A stretch of DNA of 44,520 bases from Acidimicrobiia bacterium (GTDB taxonomy: Bacteria; Actinomycetota; Acidimicrobiia; Spongiisociales; JAENVV01): NCBI GenBank assembly GCA_041577335.1, contig JBFGJH010000021.1, positions 1 to 44,520 of the forward strand, in the 5' to 3' direction. This document shows, piece after piece, positions 1 to 8,682 of this stretch. The translations under genes were made by a program, and so were the position numbers. The notes below the pieces were generated by a model. The model saw only the letters and a list, made by a program, of their open reading frames with translations. It made no database searches and was not told the origin of the DNA. The number at the start of each line of letters is the position of its first letter. Position 1 is the first letter of the stretch.

Positions 1-31
1 AGGTCGAAGCCACGCCGTAGACGGGGCGCAG

Positions 32-57
32 GTAGCCCGAGGCCTGCCTTGGGCTAC
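32..57 (-). terminator. Hairpin at the stop codon of the upstream hydrolase
   Basis: GTAGCCCGAGGC-CT-GCCTTGGGCTAC inverted repeat overlapping the stop; no U-tract. Confidence 0.4.
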
Positions 58-1424
58 TCCGTATCGCAGGGTGTGGCGAGGACGTGACCGTCCGGCGTGG
101 CGAAGTCGGTGAACTGGCAGCCGTAGTCGTCGGCGGCGACGGCCACGGGATCCAGAACTACGTCACCGGCCGGCTTCACGCCGAACTCCACCCAGGCGGT
201 CAGTTCCACGAAGGCGGTGACCAACTCGGTGGGCGTGAAGCCGCAGTGGTTCACACCACGGATGGCGCGCTGGACCAGATAGTCACTCTTGCCATGGTCG
301 GCAACGTCCTGGGCATAGGCCACCTCGTTGTGGAACGGAACGAACAGGTCGCCGAGGTTGTGCAGCGAAAGGACTGGAACGTCGATGTCGCCCGTCACGA
401 CCGGGATCGGGTTGAGCGCAGCCGAACGTCGCAGCGCCTGCGAGCCGCGGATGCGAACCACCTCGTCGTTGAATGCCGCTTCGGCATCGCTGACGGCCGG
501 ATCCAGATCGAACTGATAGACCGTGTCACGGTTATCGGCAACGATGCCCGGCTCGCGGCTCACGGTGCCGTCGCCGACGCCGATGTCCCACAGGAAGTTG
601 CCGGGACCCGATGCGAACGACGGGAACGTGTTCCAGAAGTACCAGGCCTCGTCAAAGTTGGGTCGGTCGCCTCCGGAGCGAAGTTCAACGAGCTGCTTGA
701 ACGACTCGCCGTTTTCGTTGAGGGCCACGGGCCAGCCGCCCGGGAACGCTTCGAGGTTGGCTTTGATCGTCGGGACATCCACGCCGATATACGTGAGGCC
801 GTCGGTCTGGGGAAACGCCGACGTGCCGAGGCCAAGTTGCTGGCCGGCGACGTTGTAGTCGGCGAAGTAGTCGAACAGCGCGTAGTCGCCGACCACACCA
901 CAGATCGGCATGGCACCGTCGTATGCGTCATATTGCTCGATCGATCGTGCCGTTATGTGCCCACCCATCGACGCGCCGGTGATGTAGGTCGTGGTTGGTT
1001 CGCCGTAGTTGGCGGAGAAGTAATCGAGGAGGTTTTTGGTGTCTTTCACGCCGTCGCCGACGTTGTAGTCGTTGGACCGATAGGAGGATGCGGCCCACGC
1101 ATAACCGCTGGGGACGAGGAAGTCGCGCAGAGGGTGACTGTCGACGGTGAGGGCCAAGCCTTCGCCCCTGAATCCGTGCGCCCACATCACCAGCGAGCCG
1201 TTCCAGTTCGAGGGGACCTCGATGCGATATCCGGCGCTGCGGTGCACGCCCCATTCGCGGGTGGAGTCTTCGAATCCGGCGATGGCATCAAAAGGCAGCT
1301 GTGCTTCGTCGACGTACCAATCGGGCTCGTCATACGTGTCTCGGTGTTCGTCGGCTCCCGCCGAGATCGCCGGGACCAGGGCCAAGATCATGATTGCGGC
1401 AAGCATCAGTGCAGAGCGTCGCAT
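54..1424 (-). CDS. Secreted alpha/beta-fold hydrolase (esterase/amidase-like)
   Basis: Signal peptide MRRSALML...AGA; GASMGG nucleophile elbow; candidate Asp (DLFVP) and His (GVNHC); GGAGAGG RBS before ATG 1424. Confidence 0.8.
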   Translation of the reverse strand: MRRSALMLAAIMILALVPAISAGADEHRDTYDEPDWYVDEAQLPFDAIAGFEDSTREWGVHRSAGYRIEVPSNWNGSLVMWAHGFRGEGLALTVDSHPLRDFLVPSGYAWAASSYRSNDYNVGDGVKDTKNLLDYFSANYGEPTTTYITGASMGGHITARSIEQYDAYDGAMPICGVVGDYALFDYFADYNVAGQQLGLGTSAFPQTDGLTYIGVDVPTIKANLEAFPGGWPVALNENGESFKQLVELRSGGDRPNFDEAWYFWNTFPSFASGPGNFLWDIGVGDGTVSREPGIVADNRDTVYQFDLDPAVSDAEAAFNDEVVRIRGSQALRRSAALNPIPVVTGDIDVPVLSLHNLGDLFVPFHNEVAYAQDVADHGKSDYLVQRAIRGVNHCGFTPTELVTAFVELTAWVEFGVKPAGDVVLDPVAVAADDYGCQFTDFATPDGHVLATPCDTE

Positions 1425-1537
1425 GGGTGGTTTCCTCTCCTCCATCTCCGTCAGGGACTTTACCCACAATCACGATACGCGTCAGTTCCACGACCCTGCG
1501 CAGTGAAGAGGGTCACGGGTGGTACCTTCCCGGTGGC

Positions 1538-1816
1538 ATGGATGGTCAGAAACAGCGTCAGGCGTTGACGGCGGCCGAGCGGGCGTTGCGGTCGCTCGCC
1601 GAGGGCAACCACGGTTCTCGCTCGGTGGAGGCTGCCCGCAAGGCGGTTACCCTCGATCAGGTGGGATTGTTCACGGGACTGGAGCAAGCGGTCGCACGAG
1701 CCGTCGACGAAATCTCCGCAAGTGGATCGGTATCAGAAGGAACGCGACAGCAGCTGCTCGATGTGGTTGGGCCCGGGCCGCTCGAGGCGATGGTTGCCGA
1801 GATCCCATCACAGTGA
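1538..1816 (+). CDS. Hypothetical protein (92 aa)
   Basis: Helical Ala-rich ORF; its stop overlaps the GTG start of the next gene (GTGA). Confidence 0.65.
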   Translation: MDGQKQRQALTAAERALRSLAEGNHGSRSVEAARKAVTLDQVGLFTGLEQAVARAVDEISASGSVSEGTRQQLLDVVGPGPLEAMVAEIPSQ

Positions 1817-2688
1817 GTGACTATCACCTGCACCTGGTCCCGCACGACGTTCCCGCCGAGGCGGTCGGCCCGTTTGGGCCGCTCATCGAGAGCTATGTGG
1901 ACCACGCCAGTGCGGTTGGGGTCACCGAGCTCGGCTTCACCGAACACTTCTATCGGTGCGTCGAGTCGGCGCCGGTGCTCGGGCCATTTTGGGAATCTGA
2001 GCCACAGGCGGATCTGGCCGCCCAGGCGAAAGCCGCTGTGTCGGCCGACCGGACCCTGAGCCTCGAGACCTATGTGGCGTCGGTACTGGCGGCGAAAGAA
2101 CAGGGGCTGGCGGTGAAACTGGGGCTCGAAGTGGACTTCTTTCCCGAAACGATCGACGCCGTGGCGGCCTTCTTGGAGCCGTACCCGTGGGACTATCTCA
2201 TCGGGTCGGTTCACTGGATCGGCGGCTGGGGCGTCGATGACGGCCGGGTTGCCCACGAATTCGACCGGCGCGGCATCGAACAAGCGTGGGATGACTATTT
2301 CGATCTCGAGTTGCGGCTCGCCGAGTCGGGCCTCGTGGATGTGCTTGCTCACGCCGACGTGGTCAAGAAGAACGGGTACCGTCCGGCCAGCGAGCCCCTT
2401 GAGTGGTACGACCGCGTCGCCAGTGCGGCGTGGCGCACCGGGACGGCGGTCGAGGTTTCCAGTCAGGGGCTCCGGTACCCGGCGGCCGAAATATATCCCT
2501 CGCCGGCGTTCCTCTCGCGATTGGCGGACCACGAGGTGGCGATAACCCTTGGCTCGGACGGCCACACCCCCGATGAAGCCGGTTGGGGCCACCACCAGGT
2601 CGTTGCCGCGGCGCGGGACGCCGGCTACGCCAGCTATCTCAGGTTCGATGGGCGACGCCCGGAACCCACCGAGCTCCCGCAACGTTGA
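1813..2688 (+). CDS. PHP-domain histidinol-phosphatase (HisJ/HisK family)
   Basis: DYHLH, GFTEH, LGLEVD, DYLIGSVH, LAHAD and LGSDGH PHP motifs. Confidence 0.85.
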   Translation: MSDYHLHLVPHDVPAEAVGPFGPLIESYVDHASAVGVTELGFTEHFYRCVESAPVLGPFWESEPQADLAAQAKAAVSADRTLSLETYVASVLAAKEQGLAVKLGLEVDFFPETIDAVAAFLEPYPWDYLIGSVHWIGGWGVDDGRVAHEFDRRGIEQAWDDYFDLELRLAESGLVDVLAHADVVKKNGYRPASEPLEWYDRVASAAWRTGTAVEVSSQGLRYPAAEIYPSPAFLSRLADHEVAITLGSDGHTPDEAGWGHHQVVAAARDAGYASYLRFDGRRPEPTELPQR

Positions 2689-2712
2689 AACTGCAATCAG
2701 TAGCGTGAGTGA

Positions 2713-3576
2713 ATGGTGATCACCGAGCACATCACTGGCCAAGTCGTCGATCGGCCACCCGGATCGACCGCCCAAGAAGTGGTCGACGGTTTGGTGGTCG
2801 AGTTCGGTCTGCCGCGCCGCACCGAGAACGGCGAGCTGGTGAACTACCGGTTGGTGGCGCACGGTGCCCAGCTTGCGGCGACGGACGCGGTAACCAGCGA
2901 CGCCGAGCTCGAGAGCGAGGTGGGAGAGGCGGTGTATCGCCGCGTCAATGAGACCCTCGACGAGATCGAGTCGGCTCTCTCCGAGGGCGAGCCGGCGCTC
3001 CATCTCTCCACCCGGTTGGCGGTCGCACGCCGGACGGGTGCGGTTCCCCAGCGAGTGGAGGCCGTGGAGAGCGCGTTCCGCGAGCGAGCCTTCCAAAAAC
3101 CAGAGGTCGCCGCCACATCGAGTGGATTCCGTGCCCACCTTCTGCCAATTGCCGGGATCGTCGCTCTGGTGGCAGTCTTCGGATGGCTGTTTTGGTACAC
3201 GGAGCCGAACACTCCCGACCTGGTTGTCGCCCAGGAGAGCGACGAGGAGCGGACGATGCTCGACGGCCCGGCGGAGATCGAAGGGCGCATCGACCGCAAC
3301 CAAGAGGTCGACCTCTACGCATTCGAAGCCGTGGAAGGAGATTTCGTGACGGTGGCCATGATCGCCACGGGCAACGTCAACGTCGATCACTTCGACGCCG
3401 AGCTGTCGGTGAATGGGCCCGATGGCACCCAGATCGCTTACAACGACGATTTCAACGGCCTGAACTCTCAGGTGTCCTTCGATGTCGTCGAGCCAGGAGA
3501 ACACGTCATCCGCGCCCGTGCCCTCAGCGGCTGCTGCGTAGGCGACTACGTGCTCATCTTCGAGATATCGCGGTAG
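2713..3576 (+). CDS. Single-pass membrane protein with C-terminal PPC (pre-peptidase C-terminal) domain and possible ubiquitin-like N-terminus
   Basis: TM helix LLPIAGIVALVAVFGWLFWY; PPC signature DLYAFEAVEGD...DAELSV.GPDG...AYNDD...NSQV. Confidence 0.7.
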   Translation: MVITEHITGQVVDRPPGSTAQEVVDGLVVEFGLPRRTENGELVNYRLVAHGAQLAATDAVTSDAELESEVGEAVYRRVNETLDEIESALSEGEPALHLSTRLAVARRTGAVPQRVEAVESAFRERAFQKPEVAATSSGFRAHLLPIAGIVALVAVFGWLFWYTEPNTPDLVVAQESDEERTMLDGPAEIEGRIDRNQEVDLYAFEAVEGDFVTVAMIATGNVNVDHFDAELSVNGPDGTQIAYNDDFNGLNSQVSFDVVEPGEHVIRARALSGCCVGDYVLIFEISR

Positions 3577-3916
3577 TCGACCCAGGCAGGCCTGCGTCGA
3601 GTTGCGTTTTTCATGGTCGACCGACTTTGGGTCCGGCTACGGTTCGCCGGTCCGTTGTTGGTTCGTGGTCGTTCTGGGCTGTCACACCGGCCCCAAACAG
3701 ACGCCGGTCGGTCGACGGTCCTCGCTGGGCGCCATGCAACTCCAGCTGCGGCGCCGAGGCGGCGACCGTGCCGGCGCACGCGCAATGTGAGTCCGGCCAG
3801 GGGAGCCGCCCCCTCAAACTCCCCCGATGGGTGGTCCGAGCTCAGCCGGCATATGCGCCGGGGAGCCGGCAACTCGCCCGAATCCTGATTCGGGCAAAAC
3901 CCGGTAGCGTGGCGCC

Positions 3917-5161
3917 ATGATTGTTGAGGTAGTGGCTGTGGGGACGGAGCTGTTGTTGGGGCAGATCGTCAACGGCAACGCCGCCCACATCGGCTCGAGG
4001 CTGGCTGAGCACGGCTACGACGCTCATTACCAGGTGGTGGTCGGCGACAACATGGACCGACTGGTCGCCACGCTGCGGACTGCCATGGAACGGTCCGACG
4101 CGGTGATCATCACCGGTGGGATCGGGCCCACCCAAGACGACCTCACCCGGGAGGCGATCTGCGAGGCGACCGGACGCCAGATGCTGTTCAGTGATGAATA
4201 TGCATCCGCCCTGCGCAAGCGATGGGAAGCGACCGGCCGAGTGATGCCGGACAACAACGACCGGCAGGCCGAATATCCCGAGGGTGCCATCCAGCTCCCC
4301 AATGCCCGGGGCACTGCGCCTGGTTTGGCCCTCCAGCACGATGGCACCTGGCTCTTTGCGCTCCCCGGCGTCCCACCCGAGATGCACCTGCTGCTCGATG
4401 AAGAGGTCCTACCGCGGATTGCCGAGGCCTCTGGCGAAAGCAATGTCGTGCACAGCCGCCTGCTGCGCAGCTGGGGGCGCTCGGAGTCGCAGGTCGCCGA
4501 GTTGCTCGATGACTTGTTCCAGGGCTCGGTGAACCCATCGGTGGCCTTTCTCGCCTCGGCGGGGGAGATCAAAGTCCGGATCACGGCCAAGGCCCCAACC
4601 GCAGACGCGGCCGCAGAACTCATCCGACCGGTCGAGTCGGTGGTGCGAGAACGGCTGGGAGCGTCGGTGTTCGGGGCAGACGGCGACACCATCGACACGG
4701 TCGTCCGCGCTCTTCTCCTGAGCAAGGGATGGACGATCGGGACTGCCGAGTCGGCGACGGCCGGTCTGGTGGGGGCGGCCCTGAGCCGTCTGCCAGGGTC
4801 TTCGGACGTCTACCGGGGGTCGATCGTTGCGTACGCCGCCGATCTCAAGCACCAACTCATCGGCATCGACGAGGCTGACCTGTCAGCCGGCGTGGTGACC
4901 GAACATGTTGCCTTGGCCATGGCGAGGGGAGCTGTGGCAAAGCTGGGCGTGGACGTCGGCGTCGGCGTCACCGGCTCGGCCGGCCCCGACGCACTGGAAC
5001 AGCCGACCGGAACGATGATCGTGGCCATCCACACGCCAGAAGGAGCCAAGGCTCGCACGCTCACCTTGCCGGGCGACCGCGAGCGGGTGAGAACGTTCGC
5101 AACGACGTCGTCACTTCATCTGGTGCGCCTCGCCCTGCAAGGACATTGGTGGGGGACCTGA
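3917..5161 (+). CDS. cinA: Competence/damage-inducible protein CinA (MoCF-biosynthesis domain + PncC NMN deamidase)
   Basis: VAVGTELLLGQIVN, GGIGPTQDDLT, LPGVP and TAESATAG motifs; lies upstream of recA. Confidence 0.95.
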   Translation: MIVEVVAVGTELLLGQIVNGNAAHIGSRLAEHGYDAHYQVVVGDNMDRLVATLRTAMERSDAVIITGGIGPTQDDLTREAICEATGRQMLFSDEYASALRKRWEATGRVMPDNNDRQAEYPEGAIQLPNARGTAPGLALQHDGTWLFALPGVPPEMHLLLDEEVLPRIAEASGESNVVHSRLLRSWGRSESQVAELLDDLFQGSVNPSVAFLASAGEIKVRITAKAPTADAAAELIRPVESVVRERLGASVFGADGDTIDTVVRALLLSKGWTIGTAESATAGLVGAALSRLPGSSDVYRGSIVAYAADLKHQLIGIDEADLSAGVVTEHVALAMARGAVAKLGVDVGVGVTGSAGPDALEQPTGTMIVAIHTPEGAKARTLTLPGDRERVRTFATTSSLHLVRLALQGHWWGT

Positions 5162-5697
5162 GGCGCCTGTTCGTCGCCGTCGACCTCGGCGACGAGGTGC
5201 GTCACCGCCTGGCCGCCGTAATCGCAGACGGGTTGCCGGCATTGCCGGGCGCGGTGGTTCCCCCGGCCAACTGGCACATCACACTCCGATTCGTCGGACC
5301 CGCCTCGGCAGCCGAAGAGGATCGGCTGCTATTCGCGCTGTCGGAGATCGATTCGACAGGCCCATTCGAGCTCCGCCTTGGTCGGCTGGGAGCTTTTCCG
5401 CGCGCTTCGAAAGCCGCAGTGTTGTGGCTGGGCGTCGAAGAGGGCGAGGCGCACTTGGCTTCATTGGCCCGTGAGGTCGAGGAACACATTCAAGCCGCCG
5501 GATTCTCGGCCGAGGACCGGCCGTTTCGGGGTCACGTCACCCTGAGCCGGTTGCGGCCTTCCGGCGATGTGAGGCCCATCCTCGCCGAAGGATTCAATGC
5601 TGGCATGACAGTCGCCGTTGACGATATCGTGGTGTTTGCATCGATCTTGGGACGGGGGGGTGCCCGCTACGAAGAGGTCGACCGCTTCTCCCTGTGA
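5149..5697 (+). CDS. thpR: RNA 2',3'-cyclic phosphodiesterase (2H family)
   Basis: RLFVAV start and two HxT motifs (WHITL, GHVTL); cinA-thpR-recA synteny. Confidence 0.9.
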   Translation: MGDLRRLFVAVDLGDEVRHRLAAVIADGLPALPGAVVPPANWHITLRFVGPASAAEEDRLLFALSEIDSTGPFELRLGRLGAFPRASKAAVLWLGVEEGEAHLASLAREVEEHIQAAGFSAEDRPFRGHVTLSRLRPSGDVRPILAEGFNAGMTVAVDDIVVFASILGRGGARYEEVDRFSL

Positions 5698-5732
5698 GCG
5701 GTCCGTGAGCCGTCCACGAGCAGTACTTCCAA

Positions 5733-5748
5733 TCGAACACGTGTTCGT
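5733..5748. promoter_or_regulatory. LexA (SOS) box upstream of recA
   Basis: TCGAACACGTGTTCGT versus actinobacterial consensus TCGAAC-N4-GTTCGA. Confidence 0.9.
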
Positions 5749-5770
5749 GTAGGGTTGCGCCACAACATTC

Positions 5771-5792
5771 TGTCACTGCCGGGTCGTACGGT
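5771..5792 (+). promoter_or_regulatory. RecA-NDp/PafBC-like DNA-damage promoter of recA
   Basis: TGTCAC-N10-TA-N3-T (TGTCACTGCCGGGTCGTACGGT); same motif at 12649. Confidence 0.65.
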
Positions 5793-5836
5793 CTGGCTCA
5801 CGGACACGACCAGAGAACACGCCAAAGGAGGCGAAG

Positions 5837-6898
5837 GTGGAGCGAGACAAACAGCTCGACATGGCAATGGGACAGATCGAGCGTCAGTTTGGCAAAGGCT
5901 CGATCATGAAGCTCGGCGACGCCGCCACGCAGCAGCATGCCGCCATCTCCACCGGTGCCTTGTCCATCGACCTCGCCCTCGGAATCGGCGGCGTGCCCCG
6001 CGGTCGGGTCGTCGAGATCTACGGACCCGAGGCGAGCGGTAAGACCACATTGGCGCTCCACATCGTCGCCGAGGCACAACGCAACGGCGGCATCGCGGCA
6101 TTCATCGACGCAGAGCACGCTCTCGACCCCCGATATGCGAAATCGTTGGGTGTCGACGTCGACGAGCTGCTCATCTCTCAGCCCGACACCGGCGAACAGG
6201 CCCTGGAGATTGCCGACATGCTCATCCGCTCCGGAGCATTGGATGTGGTCGTCATCGACTCGGTGGCGGCATTGGTCCCTCGAGCTGAGCTCGAAGGCGA
6301 CATGGGCGATACCCACGTGGGTCTGCAAGCCCGGCTGATGTCGCAGGCACTCCGCAAGCTCACCGGAACGCTGCACCGCTCTCAGACAACGGCCATCTTC
6401 ATCAACCAGCTCCGAGAAAAGATCGGCGTCATGTTCGGCTCACCGGAGACCACCTCCGGAGGTCGGGCTCTCAAGTTCTACGCGTCGGTGCGTATCGATG
6501 TTCGCCGTATCGAGGCAATCAAGGACGGTCAAGAGAATGTGGGCAACCGGGTTCGGGCAAAGATCGTCAAGAACAAGCTGGCGCCACCGTTCCGTCTTGC
6601 CGAGTTCGACATCATGTTCGGCGAGGGCATCAGCCGTGAAGGATCGTTGCTCGACGTCGCGGTGGAACAAGGCATCGTCCGCAAGAGCGGCGCTTGGTAT
6701 AGCTACGACGACGATCAACTGGGCCAGGGGAAAGAAGCGGCCAAGCGGTTCCTCCGAGAGAATCCCGAGATCGCCGTCCAGCTTCAGGATCGGGTGTTAC
6801 AGGCCGTTGGGTTGATCGAGCCCGATGAGGATGAAGCTGTTGATGAAGCCATCTCGGATGCCGACCCGGTGGCCGAAGAGATCGCCGAAGACAAGTAA
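5837..6898 (+). CDS. recA: Recombinase RecA
   Basis: GPEASGKTT Walker A, ALDPRYA, IDSVAAL and [20 protein letters not shown]. Confidence 0.99.
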   Translation: MERDKQLDMAMGQIERQFGKGSIMKLGDAATQQHAAISTGALSIDLALGIGGVPRGRVVEIYGPEASGKTTLALHIVAEAQRNGGIAAFIDAEHALDPRYAKSLGVDVDELLISQPDTGEQALEIADMLIRSGALDVVVIDSVAALVPRAELEGDMGDTHVGLQARLMSQALRKLTGTLHRSQTTAIFINQLREKIGVMFGSPETTSGGRALKFYASVRIDVRRIEAIKDGQENVGNRVRAKIVKNKLAPPFRLAEFDIMFGEGISREGSLLDVAVEQGIVRKSGAWYSYDDDQLGQGKEAAKRFLRENPEIAVQLQDRVLQAVGLIEPDEDEAVDEAISDADPVAEEIAEDK

Positions 6899-6919
6899 CC
6901 GCACCCCGGTTCTGCAATG

Positions 6920-6949
6920 AGGAAGAGCGCTGATGTGCTCTTCCTTTTT
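6920..6949 (+). terminator. Intrinsic terminator after recA
   Basis: AGGAAGAGCGC-TGAT-GTGCTCTTCCT followed by TTTT. Confidence 0.85.
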
Positions 6950-7135
6950 GCTATCTGCGGAGTACGATGAACCCACAGAAACGAAATAACAAACGAAAAC
7001 ACGAACGCAGAGGAACCGGCATGGTCACAAGGAGAAAACCACCCGCAGAGCGGTAGTTATTCACTAGTCCACCCTGTCTGTTCCTGCCCGTCTTCAACAC
7101 GGTGAGTTCGGTCGTGTTTTCTGAGAGGCAAGCAC

Positions 7136-8677
7136 ATGGAACCGTTAACCACGGCACTGGTCGCCAGTCTGGTCGCCATCGTCGCTGCGGTAGCCGGTTA
7201 CTTCTTTGCCGCCGCCCGCAGCCGCCGTACGGCCGATGATGCTGAAACCACGTCAGAACAGATCGTGGCTGAAGCGCGTCTGAACTCGCAACGGATCCTG
7301 CGGCGAGCCGAAGAAGAAGCCCGTGCCAAAGCAGAGGCCTACCGCAATCGCGAGGACGCCACGCTCGAGCACAAGCGCATCGAGGTGAAGAGCTCCGAAG
7401 ATCGCATGTCGCAACGGGAAGAAACACTGGACCAGCGGGCCGCCAATCTCGCCCAGCGTGAGCAGCATCTCATCAACCGTGAGGAAGAAGTAAGCCTGGT
7501 GCGGGCGGAGGCGGAACGTCAGAAGGAACAGGCGCGATCTGAGCTCGAACGCCTCGCCGGATTCGACGCCAAGGCGGCCAAAGAAGAGCTGCTGAGCGCT
7601 GTGGAGGATGAGGCCCGCCGCGAGGCGATGATCCTCGTCAGGGACATGGAGGTCAAGGCACGCGAGGAAGCGGATCGCCGAGCCCGGCGGATTCTCACCA
7701 CTGCCATCCAGCGGATGTCGGCGGAGGTGGTGACCGAGACCACGATGTCGACGGTGGTGTTGCCATCGGACGACATGAAGGGCCGGATCATCGGCCGGGA
7801 AGGACGCAACATTCGTGCCTTCGAATCCATCACCGGTGTGAACCTCAGTGTGGATGACACGCCCGAGGCGGTGTCGGTGTCTTCGTTCGACCCGGTGCGA
7901 AGAGAAATGGCGCGTCTGACGTTGGAGATGCTGGTGGCCGACGGCCGCATTCATCCCGCATCGATCGAGCAGTTTCATGAGAAGTCACAAAGCGAAGTCG
8001 AGCGGTCCATCAAGGACGCCGGAGAATGGGCGCTGCTCGAGGTCGGCATCTCGCGCATGCACCCCGAGCTGGCCACCCTGCTGGGCCGCCTGCAATACCG
8101 AACGTCCTACGGCCAGAACGTGCTCAAACACTCCGTGGAGGCTGCACATATCGCCGGCATGCTTGCCTCGGAGATCGGCATCGACGTCACTCCGGTGAAA
8201 CGTTCTGCGCTTCTCCACGACATCGGCAAGGCGGTCACCCATGAGGTGGAGGGCTCGCATGCTCTCATCGGCAGCGAGATCGCCCGCCGGTTTGGCGAAG
8301 ATGCCGGCATCGTTCACGGAATCGAAGCTCATCACAACGAAGTGGAGCCACGAACACTCCTGGCGGTGCTCGTGCAGGCAGCAGATTCTGTTTCGGCGGC
8401 TCGGCCAGGCGCTCGACGGGAGACACTCGAGGCATACGTCCGGCGTCTCGAGCGGTTGGAAACGCTCGCCTCCGGGTTCCCGGGTGTGGAGAAGGTCTAC
8501 GCAATGCAGGCGGGCCGAGAGGTGCGTGTCGTCGTGGACCCGGGCGAGGTCGACGATCTTGCTTCGAGTGACTTGGCTCGCAAGATCTCCAAGCGGCTCG
8601 AAGAGGATCTCCAATACCCGGGCCAGATCCAAATCACCGTCATCCGCGAGTTCCGGGTTACGGACTACGCTCGTTAG
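7136..8677 (+). CDS. rny: Ribonuclease Y
   Basis: N-terminal TM anchor, coiled coil, KH (KGRIIGREGRNIR), HD (RTSYGQNVL, LLHDIGK), SAARPGAR and QYPGQI. Confidence 0.97.
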   Translation: MEPLTTALVASLVAIVAAVAGYFFAAARSRRTADDAETTSEQIVAEARLNSQRILRRAEEEARAKAEAYRNREDATLEHKRIEVKSSEDRMSQREETLDQRAANLAQREQHLINREEEVSLVRAEAERQKEQARSELERLAGFDAKAAKEELLSAVEDEARREAMILVRDMEVKAREEADRRARRILTTAIQRMSAEVVTETTMSTVVLPSDDMKGRIIGREGRNIRAFESITGVNLSVDDTPEAVSVSSFDPVRREMARLTLEMLVADGRIHPASIEQFHEKSQSEVERSIKDAGEWALLEVGISRMHPELATLLGRLQYRTSYGQNVLKHSVEAAHIAGMLASEIGIDVTPVKRSALLHDIGKAVTHEVEGSHALIGSEIARRFGEDAGIVHGIEAHHNEVEPRTLLAVLVQAADSVSAARPGARRETLEAYVRRLERLETLASGFPGVEKVYAMQAGREVRVVVDPGEVDDLASSDLARKISKRLEEDLQYPGQIQITVIREFRVTDYAR

Positions 8678-8682
8678 CCGCA

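Noticed and set aside
84..3504. Long antisense ORFs (84..1568 +, 1657..3504 -) and many similar ones elsewhere
   Set aside because: Shadow ORFs of real genes in high-GC DNA; no recognisable motifs
3680..3701. TGTCAC upstream of cinA as a third PafBC-like promoter
   Set aside because: Followed by N10-AACAGA rather than TAnnnT, and lies over 200 bp from the gene
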